In this document: in pieces, positions 18,932 to 28,121 of the stretch | Numbering within the stretch: the first letter of the stretch is position 1 | Layout of the letters: the number at the start of each line of letters is the position of its first letter | Assembly (NCBI GenBank): GCA_964523835.1 | Contig: CAZGAZ010000008.1 | Span: forward strand, 2,792 to 66,791 | Origin: an uncultured Ruminococcus sp. | GTDB taxonomy: Bacteria; Bacillota; Clostridia; Oscillospirales; Ruminococcaceae | Direction of reading: 5' to 3' | DNA: 64,000 nucleotides | Translations under genes and position numbers: made by a program | Notes under the pieces: generated by a model | What the model saw: the letters and a program-made list of their open reading frames with translations, nothing else | What the model was told of the DNA's origin: nothing | Databases searched by the model: none

Positions 18932-20091
18932 ACTCTTTAAAGCTGTTTGAATGTATAGGAAATATTGACGAGGAGTACATTGCCGAGCTGGAAAAGGCAG
19001 TAATCGTACCCGTCCCCAAAAGTCCGCAGCACAATTATGCAAAGTATGCCCCATGGCTTGGCGCAGCAGCGGCTTGTCTTGTATGCGCCGTTATAGGCAT
19101 GCATTTTCTCCCCACGAAAGACGTCGTCATCGAAGATTTAGTTATAGCCCCCACGGAAGAAACCGTCACCGAAACCACCTCGCCTCTTACGCCCTCGGAG
19201 TCCGATATATCGCAGCTGCCGGGAGTGAACGGAGTGCCTGTGACGCAGGGAACGCCCGATGTTACAGGCACTGCCGTGACCGCCTCGCCCCTTACGTCGG
19301 CAGTGCCGGATACATTGGAGCCTCCGTCAGCGGTCGTAGTGCCCGTAACACCCGAAACGCCTGCAACATCCGTGATACCCGTAACAACGGCAGCACCCGT
19401 ACCCCCGAAAACCCCGCCCGAGCCATACCATATCCCCGAGGGGGGCGGCGGAGACGAAATGTCGGCTTTTAACGACCCCGTTCGGTTCATATTGCTGGGC
19501 ATTGACGGGAGGCTTTGCGGCGACAGAGACGTGGACGGCTGGTTCAAGGCAAAGAGAGAGGCGAACCCCATTCCCGACGACTTGTCGGGTCATGCCAATC
19601 TGTATTCCTTTATCCATGACTTCGGCATACCCCGTGAAGAGGCGGAGGCGGCAATGGAATATTATATAAATTCCGACGACCCGCAGCTTAGGTTTCCCAC
19701 GGAAATTTTCGATCTCATCTATTCGGAGAACACAGCGGAGCTGGGCAGGCTTTATGCCAATGCCCATACCATAGCCAAGGGCGAAAAGCTTTATACCCCC
19801 AAGTGGCTTTATTACCACACTCCCGGGGAATGGACAGCGGCAGGCATAACCCCCGATGACGTGGAAAGCCGCCTTCACCAATATGAAAACATACCCTTTT
19901 CCCCCGAGGGCAGGGAATATTTCGGGGAACTTATATCGGAATTTCTGGGGCGGCAGGTCTTGCTCGCCGATCCTTACGCCGATTGGGAGGATAAGCCTTT
20001 GCCCGTTGCGGAAGCCATTCCCGAGGATATCCCGGAGGACGTTTACGAGGAACCTATTGAGGAGATAGAGGAAACCGATATATACCCCTGA
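18928..20091 (+). CDS. Probable anti-sigma factor (N-terminal cytoplasmic domain, TM, Pro/Thr linker, extracellular domain)
   Basis: ATGA overlap with the ECF gene; LFECIGNIDEEYI N-terminus; one TM segment; long P/T/V-rich linker. Confidence 0.75.
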   Translation: MNSLKLFECIGNIDEEYIAELEKAVIVPVPKSPQHNYAKYAPWLGAAAACLVCAVIGMHFLPTKDVVIEDLVIAPTEETVTETTSPLTPSESDISQLPGVNGVPVTQGTPDVTGTAVTASPLTSAVPDTLEPPSAVVVPVTPETPATSVIPVTTAAPVPPKTPPEPYHIPEGGGGDEMSAFNDPVRFILLGIDGRLCGDRDVDGWFKAKREANPIPDDLSGHANLYSFIHDFGIPREEAEAAMEYYINSDDPQLRFPTEIFDLIYSENTAELGRLYANAHTIAKGEKLYTPKWLYYHTPGEWTAAGITPDDVESRLHQYENIPFSPEGREYFGELISEFLGRQVLLADPYADWEDKPLPVAEAIPEDIPEDVYEEPIEEIEETDIYP

Positions 20092-20101
20092 ACAACATCC
20101 C

Positions 20102-20836
20102 TCAGAAAAACACCGCAATAATTATCAGCCCCGCCCCGGTGATAACCCCGGCGGGGAATTTTTCTCCGCAGCCCTTGCAGACAAGCCTCCCCGCCAGCAT
20201 TCCGCCGCCGCAGGCGCAAATCCCCGAAATAAAGGACAGCACAAAAATAACCGGGGGAGAAAGTCCCCCCATTCCTGCGCTTATCCCCGTAAAAACCGAG
20301 TCTGCGGAAAGGGCAGCGCCTAAAACCGCCGCCTCCCCGGGGGATATTTCCGAGGAACTGTCGCAGTCGGCTTTTTCGGGCGCACCCGCTATATCGAATA
20401 TGCTGCCCCTTTTTTTCGGGACATTCCGGTTTTCCGGAACATTCCGGGCTTCCGGAGCGTTGTCGGGCGATTTTAGCGGTTTTGCAGGTTTTGTCGGCTT
20501 TGCCGATTTTGTTGATTCCGGCGATTTGGCGGAAATGCCGGGGGATTCCGAAGAAATACCGGGGGATTTTGAAGAAATACCCATTATGCCGTCGGATACA
20601 GCCTTTAAGCCTAAAATCAGCAGTATACCCTTTGATATGTATGCCGCCCCCGCAAATCCCCCGAAAATATCCGCCGCAAATTCCGACAAAGCGGCAGCAG
20701 CGCACAGCACCCCCGCCCCCACAAACGCCACCACGGCGGCAGACCTTTTCGGCAGCCTTATCCCGCTGCAGCACAGCCCCATTACCGCCGCAAATATATC
20801 CACGCTTGTAATAAGCGCTATAAACAATTCATTCAC
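20102..20836 (-). CDS. MntP/YtaF-family membrane protein with a low-complexity insertion
   Basis: SVDIFAA and LSADSVFTG half-repeats; multiple TM segments; GTG start after AAAGGTG. Confidence 0.7.
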   Translation of the reverse strand: MNELFIALITSVDIFAAVMGLCCSGIRLPKRSAAVVAFVGAGVLCAAAALSEFAADIFGGFAGAAYISKGILLILGLKAVSDGIMGISSKSPGISSESPGISAKSPESTKSAKPTKPAKPLKSPDNAPEARNVPENRNVPKKRGSIFDIAGAPEKADCDSSSEISPGEAAVLGAALSADSVFTGISAGMGGLSPPVIFVLSFISGICACGGGMLAGRLVCKGCGEKFPAGVITGAGLIIIAVFF

Positions 20837-21006
20837 TTTCAGAGCACCTTTTGGAAGTTAGAGATTCAGAGGCGTGAACCGGATCATGCCTTATATTTTT
20901 ATACTATTCGCACTCTCGGAAAGTGGTTACTTTTGTGATTTTGACGGTCAGATCACGGGTAAACTGTAAATAATTTGTTAAAATAAGGGATTATTTTCCA
21001 AAATTA

Positions 21007-21035
21007 TTGATTTTATCAAAAAAATGTGGTAAACT
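21007..21035 (+). promoter_or_regulatory. Sigma-A promoter of glgP
   Basis: TTGATT-17-TAAACT with an extended TG. Confidence 0.55.
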
Positions 21036-21168
21036 ATAAGAGAATATATTTGTCATTTTTTTAGGCAGCGTATGTCTGCCCCGGTCAAGCAGAGGACTTC
21101 GGCTGCAAACAGGCGGCATTTAAGGGTATCCCGAGACCGAAAACATTTTTAGGAGGAACAGGTTAACT

Positions 21169-23526
21169 ATGGATAAAACACAGTTTATGGAAAAGATCAG
21201 CGAAAATCTTCTGACAGACGCCCGCACGGATATAAAGGGCGCTTCTCCCCGCCAGCTTCACGACGCTGTGGCAAGGGCGGTAATGAGCGAAATAGTTCCC
21301 GTGTGGAACGAGACCGAGCAGCGGCATAACAGCCGCAGACGTGCATATTATCTTTCTGCGGAATTTTTAATGGGCAGAGCGGTTTTCAATAACCTTTACT
21401 GCGCAGGGCTTCTGAATGAGGCAAAGGAAATTTTCTCCGAACACGGGGTCGACATTTCCTGCCTGGAGGAGATCGAGGACGCTTCCCTCGGAAACGGCGG
21501 ACTTGGCCGTCTGGCAGCTTGCTTCCTTGATTCTGCGGCAGCCTGCGACATTCCCCTGAACGGCTACGGAATCCGCTATAAATACGGACTTTTCAAGCAG
21601 TCTATCGGCAACGGCTTCCAGCAGGAGGCGGCAGACCCCTGGCTCGACTATGGGGACGCTTGGAGCTACCGTGCGGAGAATGACGCTGTTATCGTGGAAT
21701 TTGCGGATCAGACCGTAAAGGCAGTGCCCTACGATATGCCCATTATCGGCTTTGACAAAAAGGCAATAAACACCCTGAGACTCTGGCAGGCGGAGAGCAT
21801 TTCCGGCTTTAATTTCGGCAAGTTCGACGATCAGGATTATATGGGCGCATCCGAAAGCAACATTATGGCGGACGCCATTAACGACGTTCTCTATCCCAAC
21901 GACAATACCGACAAGGGCAGGAGACTGCGCCTGAAGCAGCAGTATTTCTTCGTTTCCGCCTCCGTTCAGGATATCATCAGACGGTACAAGGCAAAGCACG
22001 GCAGCGATTTCTCGCATTTTGCCGAGGAATACGCAGTTCAGCTCAACGATACACACCCCACCGTTGCAATCCCCGAGCTTATCCGCCTGTTTATGTTCAA
22101 GGAGGAAATGAGCTTCAAGGAGGCCTTTGACATTGCCCAGAAGACCTGCAACTACACCAACCACACCGTCCTCGGGGAGGCTCTCGAGAAGTGGAATATT
22201 GACCTGTTTAAGAGCGTTATCCCCACTGTTTACGAAATAATCCTTATGATAAACGAGCATTTGAAGAGATATCTTAAATCTATCGGTCAGAATGATGCGC
22301 AGATAAATTCCAAGCTTATCGTGGACGGCGGCGTTATCCATATGGCAAGAATGGCTATATTCGCTTCTTCTCATACCAACGGCGTGGCAGCCCTCCATAC
22401 GGATATCCTTAAAAAGGACGTTCTGAAAGACTGGTACGAGATATTCCCCGACCGTTTCCAGAACAAGACCAACGGCATTACCCCCAGAAGATGGCTGGGA
22501 CTTTGCAATCCCGAGCTTTCCGCCCTTATCACCGAAAAGATCGGCAGCGGCTGGGAGACCGACCTCGACCGTCTTGCGGAGCTTAAAAAATACGTTAACG
22601 ACGGCTCTGTTATCAAGCGTTTCACCGATATCAAGCGTGAGAAAAAGGTTCAGCTCTGCGAGTATATCAAGGAGCACGAGGGCGTGGAAATATCCCCCGA
22701 CTTTGTTTTCGATATCCATGTAAAGAGACTTCACGAGTATAAAAGGCAGCTGCTCAACGCATTCTCCATTGTTGACCTTTATTTCCAGATAAAGGATAAC
22801 AAGCTGCCCGACCTCCAGCCCACCGCCTTTATTTTCGGCGCAAAGGCAGCTCCCGCCTACAGGCGTGCAAAGGGTATAATCAAGTATATCAACGAGGTTG
22901 CAAAGCTTGTGAACAACGACCCCGCTACCCGTGATAAGCTGAAGGTTCTCTTTGTGCAGAACTATAACGTGTCCTATGCGGAAAAGCTTATCCCCGCAGC
23001 GGATATTTCCGAACAGATATCCACCGCAGGACTGGAAGCGTCGGGAACGGGCAATATGAAATTTATGCTCAACGGCGCAGTCACCCTCGGCACATATGAC
23101 GGCGCAAACGTCGAGATAGTGGAAGAAGCAGGCTGGGAGAACGAGTATATCTTCGGCGCAAGAGTTGAGGAAATAGAGGCAGTCAAGCCCACCTACGCCC
23201 CCAGAGAGAAGATCTACTACCGCAACGAGCGTGTAAAGCGTGTAATAAACACCCTCGTGGACGGCACCTTCAACGACGGCGACACAGGAATGTTCGGCGA
23301 GCTTTTCAACGCCCTTATCAACGGCACAAGCTGGCATAAGCCCGACCATTATTTCCTGCTCACCGACCTTGAGGGATACGTTGACACCAAGCTCCGTGCG
23401 CTTTACGACTATAAGAACCGTGAAGTATTCGGCAAGAAATGCTGGATGAACATCGCCTGTGCAGGCAAGTTCAGCTCCGACAGAACCGTCAAGCAGTACG
23501 CCGAGGAACTCTGGAAACTCAACTAA
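21169..23526 (+). CDS. glgP: Glycogen/starch/alpha-glucan phosphorylase
   Basis: LGNGGLGRLAACF, QLNDTHP, KRLHEYKRQLLN, EASGTGNMKFMLNGA (PLP lysine). Confidence 0.97.
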   Translation: MDKTQFMEKISENLLTDARTDIKGASPRQLHDAVARAVMSEIVPVWNETEQRHNSRRRAYYLSAEFLMGRAVFNNLYCAGLLNEAKEIFSEHGVDISCLEEIEDASLGNGGLGRLAACFLDSAAACDIPLNGYGIRYKYGLFKQSIGNGFQQEAADPWLDYGDAWSYRAENDAVIVEFADQTVKAVPYDMPIIGFDKKAINTLRLWQAESISGFNFGKFDDQDYMGASESNIMADAINDVLYPNDNTDKGRRLRLKQQYFFVSASVQDIIRRYKAKHGSDFSHFAEEYAVQLNDTHPTVAIPELIRLFMFKEEMSFKEAFDIAQKTCNYTNHTVLGEALEKWNIDLFKSVIPTVYEIILMINEHLKRYLKSIGQNDAQINSKLIVDGGVIHMARMAIFASSHTNGVAALHTDILKKDVLKDWYEIFPDRFQNKTNGITPRRWLGLCNPELSALITEKIGSGWETDLDRLAELKKYVNDGSVIKRFTDIKREKKVQLCEYIKEHEGVEISPDFVFDIHVKRLHEYKRQLLNAFSIVDLYFQIKDNKLPDLQPTAFIFGAKAAPAYRRAKGIIKYINEVAKLVNNDPATRDKLKVLFVQNYNVSYAEKLIPAADISEQISTAGLEASGTGNMKFMLNGAVTLGTYDGANVEIVEEAGWENEYIFGARVEEIEAVKPTYAPREKIYYRNERVKRVINTLVDGTFNDGDTGMFGELFNALINGTSWHKPDHYFLLTDLEGYVDTKLRALYDYKNREVFGKKCWMNIACAGKFSSDRTVKQYAEELWKLN

Positions 23527-23527
23527 C

Positions 23528-23971
23528 AGAGGCAAGAAACAAGAAGCAAGAGGCAAGATTTTGCAAGCCTTAAGTTATAAACTGAGGCTTGCAAATATCT
23601 TGCTTTTTAATTTTACGGCATTGCCGCAGTGCAAAGGGTCACAATATTCCTCTTGCTTCTTGCCTCTAACCTCTCTGATAGAGGCAAGAAAAAAGAAGCA
23701 AGAGGCAAGATTAGTTATACACTGAGGCTTGCGAATATCTTGCTTTTTAATTTCACAGCATTGCCGCATTGCCATAGTTTAAGGGGTCACAATATTCCTC
23801 TTGCTTCTTGCCTCTAACCTCTCTGATAGAGGCAAGAAAAAAGAAGCAAGAGGCAAGATTAGTTATACACTGAGGCTTGCGAATATCTTGCTTTTTAATT
23901 TCACAGCATTGCCGCATTGCCATAGTTTAAGGGGTCACAATATTCCTCTTGCTTCTTGCCTCTAACCTCTC
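23528..23971. repeat. Three tandem ~148-152 bp MITE/REP-like units with terminal inverted heptamer repeats
   Basis: Units start at 23528, 23680 and 23828; units 2 and 3 read as identical; ends are AGAGGCAAGA...AGAAGCAAGAGG and CCTCTTGCTTCTTGCCTCT. Confidence 0.9.
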
Positions 23972-24007
23972 TCCGAAAATTAAAATGTAAATTTTTTGTA
24001 AAGTGTA

Positions 24008-24036
24008 TTGCAATCACCCCAAAATTATGATATAAT
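24008..24036 (+). promoter_or_regulatory. Sigma-A promoter of tRNA-Ser
   Basis: TTGCAA-17-TATAAT with an extended TG. Confidence 0.8.
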
Positions 24037-24049
24037 AAAACTCTAGCAC

Positions 24050-24139
24050 GGAGACGTATCGAAGTGGTCATAACGGGGCTGACTCGAAATCAGTTAGGGA
24101 GCCTATCCCCCGCGAGTTCGAATCTCGCCGTCTCCGCCA
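24050..24139 (+). tRNA. tRNA-Ser (anticodon CGA)
   Basis: GGAGACG/CGTCTCC acceptor stem plus GCCA, anticodon loop CTCGAAA, long variable arm, GTTCGAATC T-loop. Confidence 0.95.
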
Positions 24140-24158
24140 TTAGATTTACTCTTTTATG

Positions 24159-24193
24159 AACCGAGGGATACGCTGAATTGCGTGCCCTCGGTT
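24159..24193. terminator. Hairpin/terminator downstream of the tRNA
   Basis: AACCGAGGG...CCCTCGGTT inverted repeat between convergent tRNA and rqcH. Confidence 0.6.
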
Positions 24194-24258
24194 CTGCTTT
24201 GTCAGTGAGCGGGTGAGAGGTTAGAGGCAAGAGAGTGAAATTTCTTGCTTCTTGCCTC

Positions 24259-26001
24259 TTACTTTGCATTTGTGCCGTCTAAAGGGTCAACATAAACCGT
24301 TCGGTTGTTGGTGAAAATGACCATACCCGGCTTTGCGCCCGCAGGCTTTTTCACAAATTTCACCTTCACATAATCCACAGGCACATTGGAGGAATTTGCC
24401 CCGCTGCTGTGCAAAGCCGCCGCCCTCGCCGCAAACAGAATAGTCTCCTCGGGGACTTCCCTGCCCTCCGCCCTGATTATCACATGAGAGCCTGTAATGT
24501 CCTTGGTGTGCAGCCAGATGTCCGTCTTTTCCGCCACCTTGCAGGTCAGCTGATCGTTCTGCCTGTTGTTGCGCCCCACCAGAATTTTAAAACCCTCGGG
24601 AGACGTGTATTCTATAGGCGGCGCAGCCTTGGGAGGCTTTTGCTTTGCGCCCTTCTGCGCCCTTACATACCCCTGCTCCGCCAGCTCGTCCCGCAGCGCC
24701 GCAGCCTCCCCCTCTGTCTGTGCACGCTCCAGAGCGTCCCGCACGCTGTCAATATAAATAAGCTCCTTTTCCCCCTCGTCAATAAGCACCCGCAAACGTT
24801 TTTCCGCATTGTCCGCCTTGCGGTAGCCGCTGTAAAACTTCTGCATATTCTGGGAGGGCGTGAGCATAGGGTCAAGCTCTATCGTTATCTCCCCGCCCTT
24901 TTCATCGTAAAAATTCACGCACTTGAAGCTTTTCATTCCCTTTTCCACAGCCCATAGATTTGCCGAAATAAGGTCGCCCTTCAGCTTTAAAATATCCCGC
25001 TCCTCGGAAATTTTCAGCTCCGCTTTCTGGTTTTCCGTCCTGCGGCGCACTCTCTCCGCCGCATTCTCCAGCGTCTTGTACAGATCGTGATACCGCTGCT
25101 TCATACGGGCTGTCCTGTCCCGCTCCGAGTAAAACATATCCAGCGTTTCCCCCGCCGAGCCGCACTCAAATGTGTCCATAAGCTCACCGTACTGGGTTAT
25201 CGGAACAAAACAGAAATCCTTTAAATTCCCCTGCCTGTCCCTCATTACAGTGTACCGCCTGCGCCCAGTGAAAAATTCGTCACGGGTAATAAGGATGCGC
25301 TCAATTATTTTTTCGGCTGTTTCATCCGTCAGCTCATCGGTCGAAATATCGCTTGCGGCAGCCGTAAATAACCATTCCCTCGCCAGCACCGGGGAAATCC
25401 CCTCAAAAATGCTCACCAGACAGCGGTCAAGATTTTTCCCTCTGCACCCCATTATCCTCTCTTTCATTTCCTCCCGTGAAGCTATCAGAAAATTCAGCCT
25501 GTCCCCCCTCTCCGGCGGCACATACGCAGCCCCCGGCAGTACAAGCCTCTCACGGCTCACAGCGTCGTCCGTGCGTTTTACTGCGTCAATTATCCTGCCG
25601 TTTCCGTCTATCATAATAAGGTTGGAATACTTCCCCATAATTTCCGCCGCCAGCGTGACCGTCACCACGTCCCCCAGTTCGTTCACCGTCTCGAAATCCA
25701 GATAAAGAATCCGCTCCAGCCCGTCCTGCCGCACCGCCGTAAGCTTTCCGCAGCCCAGCCTCTTCCGCAGCAGCATACAGAACATAGGCGGCGACTGAGG
25801 ATTTTCGATCTGCTGCCTTGTCAGATGAATCCGCCCGCTGTTCCCCGAGGCGGAAATAAGCAGCTTGCTGCCGCCCTCCCTCGTCCTTATTGCAATTACG
25901 ATCTCATCCTTTGAGGGCTGATGTATCTTGTCGATACGCCCCCCGATAAGCGGCTCCAGCTCCTGCTTTACCGCCAGTAAAAAAGTTCCGTCCAGTGCCA
26001 T
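24259..26001 (-). CDS. rqcH: Ribosome quality control protein RqcH (NFACT/FbpA family)
   Basis: MALDG, RIDKIHQP, PPMFCMLLRK, EIMGKYSNL, VGRNNRQND, WLHTKDITGSHV, KPGMVIF. Confidence 0.95.
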   Translation of the reverse strand: MALDGTFLLAVKQELEPLIGGRIDKIHQPSKDEIVIAIRTREGGSKLLISASGNSGRIHLTRQQIENPQSPPMFCMLLRKRLGCGKLTAVRQDGLERILYLDFETVNELGDVVTVTLAAEIMGKYSNLIMIDGNGRIIDAVKRTDDAVSRERLVLPGAAYVPPERGDRLNFLIASREEMKERIMGCRGKNLDRCLVSIFEGISPVLAREWLFTAAASDISTDELTDETAEKIIERILITRDEFFTGRRRYTVMRDRQGNLKDFCFVPITQYGELMDTFECGSAGETLDMFYSERDRTARMKQRYHDLYKTLENAAERVRRRTENQKAELKISEERDILKLKGDLISANLWAVEKGMKSFKCVNFYDEKGGEITIELDPMLTPSQNMQKFYSGYRKADNAEKRLRVLIDEGEKELIYIDSVRDALERAQTEGEAAALRDELAEQGYVRAQKGAKQKPPKAAPPIEYTSPEGFKILVGRNNRQNDQLTCKVAEKTDIWLHTKDITGSHVIIRAEGREVPEETILFAARAAALHSSGANSSNVPVDYVKVKFVKKPAGAKPGMVIFTNNRTVYVDPLDGTNAK

Positions 26002-26144
26002 AGGTTTACTCCTTTTAGAGGTTAGATGTTAGAGGTAAGAGGTTAGATTTTTTTTGAACTTACCTTAATTTTTAACCCGTTATTTCCATTTTTTCTCAAA
26101 TAATATTTTACCATTTTCTGATCCGAATGTCAAGCGGATTTGTT

Positions 26145-27056
26145 TTATGAAAGTCCCGATAAATTTTTGTCAATGTACTCTGTAAGCGGCTTTTTAATTA
26201 CCTTATCCGAATTGTTTTTATACCATTCAAAAGCCTCCGTCAAGCCCCTTTCCAACGGCTTCACACTGCCCATTAATTCATACTGTCTTGAAACCTCCAG
26301 ATAATATTCATAATCATAAAAGCAGAAATAATTTCTTTGGAAAATATCCTCATAAACATTTATAAACCGAGGCTTTTTCTCCGCAGCGCCATAGCACATT
26401 TCCACCCACTGCCGCACGGAAACCGTCTCTCTGTTCCCAACATTAAAAATATGCTGCAAAGGCTTCTTCTCCAGAATAATTTCCGCAAACCTGCATAAAT
26501 CATTGATATGAAAAAACTGCAGCTTCATTTCCCCGTCCCCGGGCAAATAAAAAGCCCTGTCATTCATCGCACAGTCAAACACAAAAGCCTCCCTGTAAAC
26601 ATTATTCATCTGCCCGTACAAATACGGCGGACGAATGATATATCCCCCGGGAAAACGCCTCATCAAAGCAGCCTCCGCCCCTATCTTATCCGTCCCGTAT
26701 TTTCCCCATATCTTATTTTCCCCGACCTCTGTTTCCTCCGTAAAAGGCTGCGCAGCATTTTCGGGATAAACCGCACTTGAGCTTATCAGAATGTAATCCC
26801 CGAATCCACCAAGCCCGTCCATCAGCAGCCCCACGTCCTCCGCATTATATCCCGTGTCAATAACAGCGTCAAATTCATATCTCCGCAAAATATCCCCCAG
26901 TTTGTGCCTGTCCGCACAAATCAGCCTTACCCCCTCAGACTGCGCCCTGCTGTTCCTGTTAAGCACATAGACCTCCGCCCCAAGTCCCACGAAATATTCT
27001 GCCAGATATCTGCTCACAAAAACCGTCCCGCCCGTAATAAGTATTTTTTTATTCAT
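26145..27056 (-). CDS. NAD-dependent epimerase/dehydratase family protein
   Basis: ILITGGTVFVS Rossmann variant, ISSSAVY, YGTDK (YxxxK), RPPYLYG. Confidence 0.85.
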   Translation of the reverse strand: MNKKILITGGTVFVSRYLAEYFVGLGAEVYVLNRNSRAQSEGVRLICADRHKLGDILRRYEFDAVIDTGYNAEDVGLLMDGLGGFGDYILISSSAVYPENAAQPFTEETEVGENKIWGKYGTDKIGAEAALMRRFPGGYIIRPPYLYGQMNNVYREAFVFDCAMNDRAFYLPGDGEMKLQFFHINDLCRFAEIILEKKPLQHIFNVGNRETVSVRQWVEMCYGAAEKKPRFINVYEDIFQRNYFCFYDYEYYLEVSRQYELMGSVKPLERGLTEAFEWYKNNSDKVIKKPLTEYIDKNLSGLS

Positions 27057-27057
27057 C

Positions 27058-27134
27058 TTTTTCCACTCCGTTAATTAAACTTTCACACCAAAGGTACGTT
27101 GAAACTTAGGGGTTTTCCGCTAACTTTCAAACTT
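27058..27134 (-). repeat. 74-bp two-hairpin repeat, cluster A (1 copy)
   Basis: Minus strand AAGTTTGAAAGTTAGCGGAAAACCCCTAAGTTTCAACGTACCTTTGGTGTGAAAGTTTAATTAACGGAGTGGAAAAAG followed by ATG. Confidence 0.9.
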
Positions 27135-27193
27135 CACCCTGCACATAACTTTTTAAAGCCGTGAAATTTTCGGTTAACGCCAACCCCGAAAGC

Positions 27194-27673
27194 TCACCTA
27201 AGCTCATCTCTCACGCACATCAGCGCAAAACCCAGTAAATTCCGCCCCTGCCATTTATTCATATCAAGCCTATTCTCATCCTTCATTGAAAGCCCTATAC
27301 CCCAAATCTTATCCTGAACAGCGCACTCCGCTAAAATATCCACCCCCGTGTCCAGCAAACGCTTTTTCAGTTCCTCATTCTGTGCAAACTTCTGCACCAG
27401 CCCTTTATAAACAATGATCTGCCGCATTCCGTCCCAGACCTTTTCATCATAGTTTTTCACCGACCGCCCCAGCGCCTTTATCTTCCCCGCATTGTCCGTC
27501 CCCAGTATCTCCCCGGCAATATCCGTATCGCCGAAAACCGTTGCCTTCTGATACATCATATACTGCTCCGCAGACGAAAATTTAACGCCTCCGAAAACAA
27601 AATCCGATAAATACCAGTTGCTTAAATATCCGTTTATCTCATCAGGATTGTGAAAGCAAATTATCTTTTTCAT
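27194..27673 (-). CDS. NADAR (YbiA-like) family protein
   Basis: YLSNWY, SSAEQYMMYQKA, KALGR, KFAQN, WGIG, GRNLLGFALM. Confidence 0.92.
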   Translation of the reverse strand: MKKIICFHNPDEINGYLSNWYLSDFVFGGVKFSSAEQYMMYQKATVFGDTDIAGEILGTDNAGKIKALGRSVKNYDEKVWDGMRQIIVYKGLVQKFAQNEELKKRLLDTGVDILAECAVQDKIWGIGLSMKDENRLDMNKWQGRNLLGFALMCVRDELR

Positions 27674-27703
27674 ATCAAAATATCCTCCTTAAAACTTCCC
27701 GGT

Positions 27704-28117
27704 TTATTCCCCTGTTTTTTTCATAAAAATAATCTCCGCCGCTTCCCCCGGCAGCAGCAGCGCACCGCAGTCCGTGTACCCTCTTTTCCTGTAAAAAAAC
27801 TGCGCACTCTCATTTGAAAGAGTCGACGTCATTACCATTTCGTAATTTTTTCCTGTCATCTCCCTTTCCCAGAACTCTAAAAGCGCCGACCCATACCCCC
27901 TGCCCCTGAACTCTTCAAGAATAAAAAGCATATTCAAAAACGGCGTGTTGTCCCAGAATAAATTATACCGCAGCCACCCGATAAATCCACCCTTTTCGAC
28001 CATTATAACGACACGTTTTTTTTCGATCAAATTCCTTAATTCCTCATCGCTTATGTGCCCGTCATACCTGCTTATTACTTCAAAATCCCCACTCTCCGCA
28101 AACCTTATTAACCCCAT
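27704..28117 (-). CDS. GNAT family N-acetyltransferase
   Basis: FRGRGYGSALL acetyl-CoA motif A, AQFFYRKRGY; start placed at MGLIRF. Confidence 0.88.
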   Translation of the reverse strand: MGLIRFAESGDFEVISRYDGHISDEELRNLIEKKRVVIMVEKGGFIGWLRYNLFWDNTPFLNMLFILEEFRGRGYGSALLEFWEREMTGKNYEMVMTSTLSNESAQFFYRKRGYTDCGALLLPGEAAEIIFMKKTGE

Positions 28118-28121
28118 AAAA

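Noticed and set aside
21367-23556. Long antisense ORF (729 aa) opposite glgP, and similar shadow ORFs (e.g. 4029..4907, 8725..9738, 10328..11419, 16299..17573, 61072..61983)
   Set aside because: They overlap well-supported genes, lack recognisable motifs, and are explained by codon bias of the real gene.
23459-23817. Short ORFs spanning the 148-bp repeat array (23459..23725 +, 23575..23775 -, 23629..23817 +)
   Set aside because: They are translations of heptamer repeats (KKQEARG, LASCFL) with no credible RBS.
24050-24258. Prophage or ICE integrated at tRNA-Ser
   Set aside because: No integrase and no duplicated tRNA 3' end seen; rqcH follows directly.
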